Source: Candidatus Delongbacteria bacterium
GTDB taxonomy: Bacteria; UBA4055
NCBI GenBank assembly: GCA_016937995.1
Contig: JAFGVM010000002.1
Span: forward strand, 1 to 43,884
Length of the DNA stretch: 43,884 nucleotides
Direction: 5' to 3'
Shown: in pieces, positions 10,597 to 17,989 of the stretch
Layout: every line of letters begins with the position of its first letter
Numbering within the stretch: position 1 is the stretch's first letter
Program-made: the position numbers and the translations under genes
The notes under the pieces: model-generated
Told to the model about the DNA's origin: nothing
Seen by the model: only the letters and a program-made list of their open reading frames with translations
The model's database searches: none

Positions 10597-11381
10597 TCTT
10601 CAGAGATAATGTTAAAGCAGGTATAGATTCACCGGCATTAAATTATGGTTATGGATTATTTGAGACTATTTTGTATGAGAACCGGAAGATATATTTTATA
10701 AAAGACCATTTAAAACGGCTATTCAATTCATGTCAGGTACTCGACATCCCACCTCCCGATCTGAATTTGATCAATGAAAATTTTATTTATAAGCTTATTG
10801 AAGAGAATGGGTTAACAAAAAATATCGTGAAGATTAAGTTGATGTATTCACCGATCTTCAATGAAAAAGAATGGAACACTATTGTTACAGTAAACATTTA
10901 TGCACGTAATTCTAAAAACATTTATGCTCTCGTAGAAAATAAAGTAAGGTCTAATGCCTTTTATAAGCACAAAAGTATGTCATATATGCAAAATTATCAT
11001 ACTTTGATCAGTTCCGGAGAATTCGATGAAGTACTCCTGATCAATGACCATAAAAATATTATTGAAGGAACATGTACAAATATTCTCTGTGTTAAGGATA
11101 AAATCCTTTATTTCGCTGATGGGAGTAACGATTATCTCTTCGGTATCATGCAGCAGAATATTTTTAAGGACCACAGACTGTTCGGATTTAAGAAGATTGA
11201 AGCATTAGAATACGGATTCAGTCGTCAATTTATTGAAAGCTGCGATGAAATTCTTTTAACTAACAGCTTAAAAATAGCATCTAACGTAAATTCAATAAAT
11301 TTTGGATCTGAAAAAATTGAATTTAAATCCTGCAAAATATCAGGTTTGATAAGAGATCATTATCTGAAAAACAATGGCTAA
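10563..11381 (+). CDS. pabC: Aminotransferase class IV, probable 4-amino-4-deoxychorismate lyase
   Basis: YGYGLFETI, HLKRL, HKSMSY (PLP Lys), EGTCTNI and LTNS motifs; third gene of a pabAB operon. Confidence 0.75.
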   Translation: MGRKILFDGKIIFRDNVKAGIDSPALNYGYGLFETILYENRKIYFIKDHLKRLFNSCQVLDIPPPDLNLINENFIYKLIEENGLTKNIVKIKLMYSPIFNEKEWNTIVTVNIYARNSKNIYALVENKVRSNAFYKHKSMSYMQNYHTLISSGEFDEVLLINDHKNIIEGTCTNILCVKDKILYFADGSNDYLFGIMQQNIFKDHRLFGFKKIEALEYGFSRQFIESCDEILLTNSLKIASNVNSINFGSEKIEFKSCKISGLIRDHYLKNNG

Positions 11382-11434
11382 TTGACAAATGTTGGATGGT
11401 GTTTTAGCACCAAAAAAAAATAGAGGAAAGAATT

Positions 11435-12889
11435 ATGAAAAAAATTCTTATAACGCTTATTTCAATTATAACAGTTTATCTGCTCCTCTTGATCCCTTGC
11501 CCCGAGCAACAATTACCTGCAAGTCCTGGAAAAAAGGCATTTATCTGGGATAAAGATGCCCTTTGGAACGATATGGAAAAAAAATTCATCGAAGTCAAAG
11601 ATACACCATGTAAATATTTGGAAAGAGATATCAGCTCATCACTTTACAATTACAATTTACTGTTGCAGATTTTTGATAATAAAAAATTTGAATACAGTAA
11701 TTCTGTTTTCAAGATTATGGAATATGAATTTTTTAATCTTGCTCCTATGATCGCAGCCTGTCCTGAAAGATTGAATGATTACATCGAACTAGCGGTAAAT
11801 GTTCGTAAGAAACTGAAAGAACAGTCAAAATACTGGGATATGTCAGATAGTAAAGTAAAGCATTTAACCTATAGACTGCTTTACGGTACAAGAGCTGCTA
11901 TCGAGGAAGTAATGCTGCAGAACACTGATAAAGAGATAAACAAACTGACACTTTGTAATGACGAACCGTCACAGACTCCTTTCACTGAACTTCTTGGAGT
12001 TAAAATACATAGTGGTGACATACTTGTCTCACGTGGAGGAGCTCCAACTTCTGCTCTGATATCACGCGGCAGTGATTATCCCGGTAATTTTTCACATGTA
12101 GCTTTAGCCCATGTAGACAAAAAAACTAATAAGCTTTCAATTATTGAAGCTCATATTGAAGTTGGTGTTGCTATAGCGGATGCTGATAAGTACATCAAAG
12201 ACACAAAATTAAGAGTTATGGTACTACGGTTGAGATCTGACCATCCTGAATTAATAAAGGATCCTATGCTTCCGCATAAAGCTGCAGAATATGCTCTTAA
12301 AGATGCTCAGACAAGACATATTCCATATGATTTTGCAATGGATTATACTGATGACAATGAATTATTCTGCTCAGAAGTTGCTTCTTATGCTTACAGAAAA
12401 TTCAATATTGATCTCTGGATGAAATTATCAAGTATTTCCCAACCGGGATTGATGAACTGGCTCGGAGCATTCGGAGTCAGGAATTTTGAGACTCAGGAAC
12501 CATCTGATCTTGAATATGATCCTCAACTTACTGTTGTAGCAGAATGGAGAGATCTTAATGTTCTTTTTAAGGACCATATTGACAATGCAATTCTTGATGT
12601 CAGACTTGAAGGTGCAAATAATGGAGATCAGTTAACTTATCCTGCTTTTCTTTTACCTTTCGGAAGAATAATGAAAGCTTATAGCTGGGTGTCAAATATT
12701 TTTGGTCAGGCGGGAGCTGTACCTGAAGGTATGAGCGCAGAGTCCGCTTTGAAGAACGATTCTTTTTCAAAAACCCATGCAAAGATAAAATCAAAATTAC
12801 TTCCGATGTTGGAGGAATTTGAAAAAGAAAACGGGTATAGACCACCTTACTGGAAGATCGTAGAAATGGCAAGGGAAGCGGTCAAATAA
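11435..12889 (+). CDS. Permuted papain-like NlpC/P60 (YiiX/YebB-like) cysteine hydrolase, N-terminally anchored or exported
   Basis: GDILVSRG, FSHVAL (His before Cys), YDF and LFCSEVA motifs; hydrophobic N-terminus; GAGGA RBS. Confidence 0.8.
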   Translation: MKKILITLISIITVYLLLLIPCPEQQLPASPGKKAFIWDKDALWNDMEKKFIEVKDTPCKYLERDISSSLYNYNLLLQIFDNKKFEYSNSVFKIMEYEFFNLAPMIAACPERLNDYIELAVNVRKKLKEQSKYWDMSDSKVKHLTYRLLYGTRAAIEEVMLQNTDKEINKLTLCNDEPSQTPFTELLGVKIHSGDILVSRGGAPTSALISRGSDYPGNFSHVALAHVDKKTNKLSIIEAHIEVGVAIADADKYIKDTKLRVMVLRLRSDHPELIKDPMLPHKAAEYALKDAQTRHIPYDFAMDYTDDNELFCSEVASYAYRKFNIDLWMKLSSISQPGLMNWLGAFGVRNFETQEPSDLEYDPQLTVVAEWRDLNVLFKDHIDNAILDVRLEGANNGDQLTYPAFLLPFGRIMKAYSWVSNIFGQAGAVPEGMSAESALKNDSFSKTHAKIKSKLLPMLEEFEKENGYRPPYWKIVEMAREAVK

Positions 12890-12986
12890 CTTAGAATTTA
12901 GAAGTAATTGACAGCTTGTTTTTTTTAAGTTGTGATTTTATTAACCATTTTATATCTTTTAGCAAGTCACAAATAATTAGCATGGA

Positions 12987-13955
12987 ATGAACATGAAATA
13001 TTTCATCTCAATAATTACGCTATTATTAATTACGAATATTATTTATTCTCAGCAAACTTCTGTAGCTGTGATAGACTTGAAGAATGTAGGTCTGGAAGAT
13101 CACTTCTCTACCCTACTGACTGATGCTCTCAGAGCTGAAATGTTCAAATATGAAAAATTCAAGGTCATGAACAGAGAGAATATGCAGGAGATCATGGGAG
13201 AACAGGCATTTCAGGCTTCAGGAGTATGTGATGATAATGCATGTTATGTTGAAATGGGTGAAGTTTTGGGAGTTGAAAAGATCGTAACTGGTTCTATTGG
13301 GAAACTTGGAAGTACATATTCTTTGACCGTTAAGATGATCGATGTTGAAACAAGTGAGAATGACAAGATCATTACTGACAGAAAAAAATGTTCCGATGAT
13401 GATCTGTTCATTATGATCGAAAACTCTGTCAAAGAGCTTGCAGGACTTGAAAAGAAGAAGATCTCAGAGCCTACAGAACTTAAAGAGATAAAGGAATTTA
13501 TGAAATCTAATCCTGTTGATGGTTTCAATATAGATAAAGATATCAAGGAATGGGAAATTGCTGGTATGACAAGAGAAGAATACATCTCTGAACTTGCCTG
13601 GCAGAAGTATAACGCAGAGAAACAATCTCCCATTGACAATAGTGTTAAATCCCTAGTTTTCCCTGGTTGGGGGAATCCTTACCATGCCTGGATATATAAA
13701 TCGATCGAGTTGATCGGATTTGGTTCAGTGATCGTTGGAATCTTTAATATTGGAGATCCTGATGATACTGGAATAAAAATGGTAGGTTTTGGTTTTGCCA
13801 CCATGTTCTTAAATCATACTGCTTCAACGATAGATGCTTTTATTTCAACGATCAATTACAATGCTGAGCTCAAGCATAAATATAGAATAGCTGTTGCACC
13901 TACCTATGATCCAAGAAAAGACCAGATAGGAATAGGATTTGCGGTAAATTTTTAG
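12987..13955 (+). CDS. Exported protein with CsgG/TolB-N-like domain and hydrophobic DUF5683-like C-terminus
   Basis: Signal peptide; VAVIDL...NRENMQEIMGEQAFQASGVCD...GEVLGVEKIVTGSIGKLG...KMIDVET pattern; SLVFPGWG motif; terminal Phe. Confidence 0.6.
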   Translation: MNMKYFISIITLLLITNIIYSQQTSVAVIDLKNVGLEDHFSTLLTDALRAEMFKYEKFKVMNRENMQEIMGEQAFQASGVCDDNACYVEMGEVLGVEKIVTGSIGKLGSTYSLTVKMIDVETSENDKIITDRKKCSDDDLFIMIENSVKELAGLEKKKISEPTELKEIKEFMKSNPVDGFNIDKDIKEWEIAGMTREEYISELAWQKYNAEKQSPIDNSVKSLVFPGWGNPYHAWIYKSIELIGFGSVIVGIFNIGDPDDTGIKMVGFGFATMFLNHTASTIDAFISTINYNAELKHKYRIAVAPTYDPRKDQIGIGFAVNF

Positions 13956-14011
13956 TCGAATATTTCAACTTGCATTAAAATAGCGCTAACCTATTGGCAG
14001 TAATTTAATCA

Positions 14012-14040
14012 TAGCAAACCGCTTTTATTTATTATATATT
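14012..14040 (+). promoter_or_regulatory. Candidate sigma70-type promoter
   Basis: TAGCAA-17 nt-TATATT followed by ACGTG; a similar TATATTTACGTG lies upstream of rdgB at 6208. Confidence 0.3.
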
Positions 14041-14071
14041 ACGTGTAAATATTAAGTAAGGCAGAGCGGTT

Positions 14072-17000
14072 ATGCGTAAAATCTTTTATACAATTCTTTT
14101 CCTAATAATAATTTCAAACTTATTCCCATTCGGAAAAAATAAAGTACAATACCATAAATTTGAATGGGAAGTACTTGAAACAAATAATTTTTTGATCTAC
14201 TACTACAAAGGTGGAGAAATGCTTGCTGATTTCACAGCAAAAACAGCTGAAAATTCTTTAAAGCACCTTCAAAAAGATCTTTTATACCAGCCTAAATCAA
14301 AAGTTCATGTACTAGTTTATAATTCACACAACCATTTCGAAGAAACAAATGTAATGGGAGGGATACCTGAGGAATCTGTAGGAGGATTTACTGAGTTTTT
14401 CAAAAACAGAGTTGTTGTACCTTATGAAGGCAACTGGGAGGATTTTAGACATGTTATCCATCATGAACTAACTCATGCAATGATGAACCAAATGCTTTTT
14501 AAAGGTAATTTCCAGGCTATCATGAATGGTCTGCAGCAAATGAATATGCCTTTATGGTTCATTGAGGGAATTGCTGAATATGAAAGCCGTGGTGGATGGG
14601 ATGCAGATTCTGATATGACTATCAGAGATGCAGTTTACAATGGGTACTTACAATCAATATATTATCTGAATAACTATATGGCCTACAAAGGTGGTCAATC
14701 ACTTTTTAAATATATCGCAGATACTTACGGTGCAAAAAAGATCGGACAGATATTAAGAAATGTAAATATGATAAGATCTGCTGAAGGAGCTTTTAAAGAT
14801 GCTATCGGTCTTGATTTTGCAGACCTCTCTAATGACTGGCAGAAATGGTTAAAAGCAAAATACTGGTCAAGTTTAACTAAATGTGATATGCCTCACGATG
14901 TGTCTGTCAGACTTTCAGATCATATAAAATACGGTAATGCTATCAACAATTCACCTTCCATAAGTCCAGACGGATTAAAAGTAGCTTTTCTTAGTAACAA
15001 GTCAGATTATTTCGATATATATTTGATGAGGACTTTTGACGGTGAGATAATAAACAAGATCGTTTCCGGACAGTCCTCTGGTGATTTTGAGGAATTTCAC
15101 TGGTTAAGACCAGGAATTGCATGGTCACCTGACAGCAGGAACATTGCATTTTTCTCAAAAAGCACTGATCAGGATGCACTTTTTATTTACGAGTCAACCA
15201 CTGGCAAACAGCTCGACAGGATCAAGTTCGATATGGATGGTCTTTATTATCCTGACTGGTCAGAAGATGGAACAAAGATATGTTTTACCGGGATCAAAGA
15301 CGGTTTCAGTGATCTTTATATTTATGACCTTTACAAAAAGGACCTTACAAGACTGACGGAAGACATTTATTCTGACAATGATCCTGAATTCTCCCCGGAT
15401 GGTAATATGATCGTATTTTCCTCTGACAGACTGAACGACCTATCTACAGATGTTAAAGACCTGAAACCTATGATGCAGAGGAACATGAATACAAAAGATA
15501 TTTATACTATCGATATAAACTCAAAACAAATTCAAAAAGTATCTGATTCAGAATTCCATAGCTTTTCTCCGTTCTGGGTAAATAATGAGATATTAGGTTA
15601 TATCTCTGACAAATCTGGTGTAAACAACTTATACTCCTATGATATGAACGGTCAGAATGAAAAGCCGCTGTCAAACTTTATGACAGGTTGTTCACAAGCC
15701 AGTTACAATCATAATAAACTGGCATATACTGCTGTTTTTAACGGTGGTTACGACATTTATCTGATAGAGGAAGTTGATAAACTAATTCAAACTGAGAAAA
15801 CTCCTGAGAAGTTAAGATGGTACAAAGAAACTGATTTCTCCAAACCGCTGATCAGTACTGACAGTATTCCTGAATATTCGAAAACGAATTTGAGAAAGTT
15901 CAAATTTTCTAAAAATATGCTGATGAAGCCTGATGAAGTTGATGTACCTGATGATCTATATCTGAAGAAAAGATACGAACCTTTTTTCACACCTGACATT
16001 ATAACTGTTAATGCCGGATATGCTACAGGTTACGGTGTTATCGGTTCAGCATATATGCAATTCTCTGATTACCTTTCAAGTCACAGATTGATCTTTGTAA
16101 CCGATATGAATCAGGACCTTTTAAATTCAACTGTCGATCTTTACTATTTTTATCTTCCTGCAAGAATTAACTGGGGAGTGGGGTTTTCTCATGATGTAGT
16201 GTATTATTACATCTGGGATGAATTGACAGATCTGATAAGTGACCGTTTTAGAGACAGACTGCTTACATTTAATTTTATGGCGGAATATCCTTTAAGCAGA
16301 TACTCGCGTTTAGATTCATTCATGTCTCTTAAGAATATTATAAACGAAAAATACAATGAATCAGCAGAAGAATATGAGCACGACCATAGTAAAACTTTAA
16401 TGTCTGTTGGTTTGGGATTCAGTTACGACTCAGCCATCTGGGGTTATGTAGGTCCGGTCAACGGATCAAGATTCAGAATGAACTTATACTATACAGCTGA
16501 CACCGGAGATCTTTTAGCTTCAGAGAATGATAAAATTCAGTTCCAGACATTCACAATGGATTACAGAAAATATTTCAGACTGAAAGGTGACTATCAGTTC
16601 GCATTCAGATTTACAGGTGGAATAAGTGGAGGAAATACACCACAGACATTTTATCTGGGAGGTGTTTCAAACTGGTTTAATTACAGAGTCAATACAGATC
16701 ATGATTTTACTACGGTAAATGCAAAGTATTATTCATACGTTGAGTATCCTGTCAGAGGTTACAGACTTTATGAACAGTCAGGCAATAGATTTGCCTTATT
16801 CAATCTTGAATATAGATATCCGCTTATAAAATACCTGGCTTTAGGATTTCCATTCCCAATAGTGCTGGGCAATATCAATGGAGTGATGTTCGCTGATATT
16901 GGCTCCGCATGGAATGACGATATTTTCCGTGGAGCTGAATCTGTGGGAGAAGGATTGAGATTGAATGATATTATGCTTTCAGGTGGAATAGGTTCAAGAA

Positions 17001-17107
17001 TGAATGTGGGATATTTTATCCTGAGATATGATGTTTCATGGAAATGGGACCTTTACAACCATGCTTCTGAACCACAACATTTGATAAGTCTTGGAACAAA
17101 CTTTTAA
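14072..17107 (+). CDS. Omp85/BamA-family outer-membrane protein with N-terminal zinc metallopeptidase (MA-like) and TolB/PD40 beta-propeller domains
   Basis: FGKNKVQY N-terminus, HHELTH...WFIEGIAEY gluzincin motif, repeated SPDG/WSPD propeller blades, VRGY motif and C-terminal SLGTNF. Confidence 0.85.
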   Translation: MRKIFYTILFLIIISNLFPFGKNKVQYHKFEWEVLETNNFLIYYYKGGEMLADFTAKTAENSLKHLQKDLLYQPKSKVHVLVYNSHNHFEETNVMGGIPEESVGGFTEFFKNRVVVPYEGNWEDFRHVIHHELTHAMMNQMLFKGNFQAIMNGLQQMNMPLWFIEGIAEYESRGGWDADSDMTIRDAVYNGYLQSIYYLNNYMAYKGGQSLFKYIADTYGAKKIGQILRNVNMIRSAEGAFKDAIGLDFADLSNDWQKWLKAKYWSSLTKCDMPHDVSVRLSDHIKYGNAINNSPSISPDGLKVAFLSNKSDYFDIYLMRTFDGEIINKIVSGQSSGDFEEFHWLRPGIAWSPDSRNIAFFSKSTDQDALFIYESTTGKQLDRIKFDMDGLYYPDWSEDGTKICFTGIKDGFSDLYIYDLYKKDLTRLTEDIYSDNDPEFSPDGNMIVFSSDRLNDLSTDVKDLKPMMQRNMNTKDIYTIDINSKQIQKVSDSEFHSFSPFWVNNEILGYISDKSGVNNLYSYDMNGQNEKPLSNFMTGCSQASYNHNKLAYTAVFNGGYDIYLIEEVDKLIQTEKTPEKLRWYKETDFSKPLISTDSIPEYSKTNLRKFKFSKNMLMKPDEVDVPDDLYLKKRYEPFFTPDIITVNAGYATGYGVIGSAYMQFSDYLSSHRLIFVTDMNQDLLNSTVDLYYFYLPARINWGVGFSHDVVYYYIWDELTDLISDRFRDRLLTFNFMAEYPLSRYSRLDSFMSLKNIINEKYNESAEEYEHDHSKTLMSVGLGFSYDSAIWGYVGPVNGSRFRMNLYYTADTGDLLASENDKIQFQTFTMDYRKYFRLKGDYQFAFRFTGGISGGNTPQTFYLGGVSNWFNYRVNTDHDFTTVNAKYYSYVEYPVRGYRLYEQSGNRFALFNLEYRYPLIKYLALGFPFPIVLGNINGVMFADIGSAWNDDIFRGAESVGEGLRLNDIMLSGGIGSRMNVGYFILRYDVSWKWDLYNHASEPQHLISLGTNF

Positions 17108-17151
17108 AATGATGAACATCAAATATTCAAAACGGAATTTCGAAGTATGAA

Positions 17152-17175
17152 GCAGGGGCGTTATTCATATCGCCC
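17152..17175 (+). repeat. REP-like palindrome (G(T/C)AG class)
   Basis: GCAG-GGGCGTTAT-TC-ATATCGCCC; same class as 25400 and 40011. Confidence 0.7.
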
Positions 17176-17184
17176 AAATAAAAA

Positions 17185-17221
17185 AGATCGCCACTCCCGA
17201 TAAATCGGGATCGCAATTACA
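17185..17221 (+). repeat. Palindromic repeat half-element containing TCCCGATAAATCGGGA
   Basis: agatcgccac-tcccgataaatcggga-tcgcaattaca; core shared with 17941 and 33423; degenerate copy at 27786. Confidence 0.7.
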
Positions 17222-17237
17222 AAACAAGGAGAAAAAA

Positions 17238-17885
17238 ATGATATATGTTTCACCTTCCCTGCTTTCAGCAGATTTTACAAATCTTGAAAAGGAAATAAAA
17301 AGCTGTGAGGAATCGGGAGCGGATTATCTTCATTTAGATATCATGGACGGTCACTTTGTTCCGAATATAACATTCGGGCCATTCATAGTTGAATTCTGTA
17401 AAAAGATATCTAAACTACCTTTAGATGTTCATCTTATGATAGAAAAACCTGAGAATTATATCGAGAAATTCGCTAAGGCTGGTGCTGACATTATAGTTAT
17501 ACATGCAGAATCCACGGTCCATATTCACAGGCAGATACAATTGATCAAGTCACTTGGGATTAAAGCCGGTATAGCTTTAAATCCTGCAACATCGGTAGAA
17601 TTTCTCGACTATATCATTGATGATCTTGATCTTGTTCTTTTCATGTCAGTAAATCCCGGGTTTTCAGGCCAGAGCTTCATACCATCCACTTTAGATAAGA
17701 TAGATCAGTTCAATATCTATTATCAGGATAGGTTAAAAGAAGACTTTCTGATCCAGGTAGATGGTGGAGTAAATGATAAAACTCACAAACTCCTTACTGA
17801 AAGAGGAGTGAATATGCTGGTTTCAGGAAATTATTTTTTTAAGCATCCAAACAGAAAAGAAGCTATAAGAATACTAAAAAGTTAA
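17238..17885 (+). CDS. rpe: Ribulose-phosphate 3-epimerase
   Basis: SPSLLSADF, HLDIMDGHFVPN, DVHLMI, MSVNPGF and VDGGV motifs; AAGGAG RBS. Confidence 0.97.
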   Translation: MIYVSPSLLSADFTNLEKEIKSCEESGADYLHLDIMDGHFVPNITFGPFIVEFCKKISKLPLDVHLMIEKPENYIEKFAKAGADIIVIHAESTVHIHRQIQLIKSLGIKAGIALNPATSVEFLDYIIDDLDLVLFMSVNPGFSGQSFIPSTLDKIDQFNIYYQDRLKEDFLIQVDGGVNDKTHKLLTERGVNMLVSGNYFFKHPNRKEAIRILKS

Positions 17886-17888
17886 TTA

Positions 17889-17966
17889 GTCGCCACCCTG
17901 AATTTATTACAGGGTCTAAAACTGATTATGATAGATGCTGTCCCGATAAATCGGGATCAGCATGAC
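17889..17966 (+). repeat. 78-bp double-hairpin intergenic element, copy 1
   Basis: gtcgccaccctgaatttattacagggtct...agatgctgtcccgataaatcgggatcagcatgac; inverted copy at 33413..33491 with a 36-bp identical block. Confidence 0.85.
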
Positions 17967-17989
17967 AACTCAATTTTAGAAAGAAATAC

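Noticed and set aside
17889-17966. tRNA or riboswitch
   Set aside because: No cloverleaf, T-loop or known aptamer consensus; the inverted second copy indicates a dispersed repeat.
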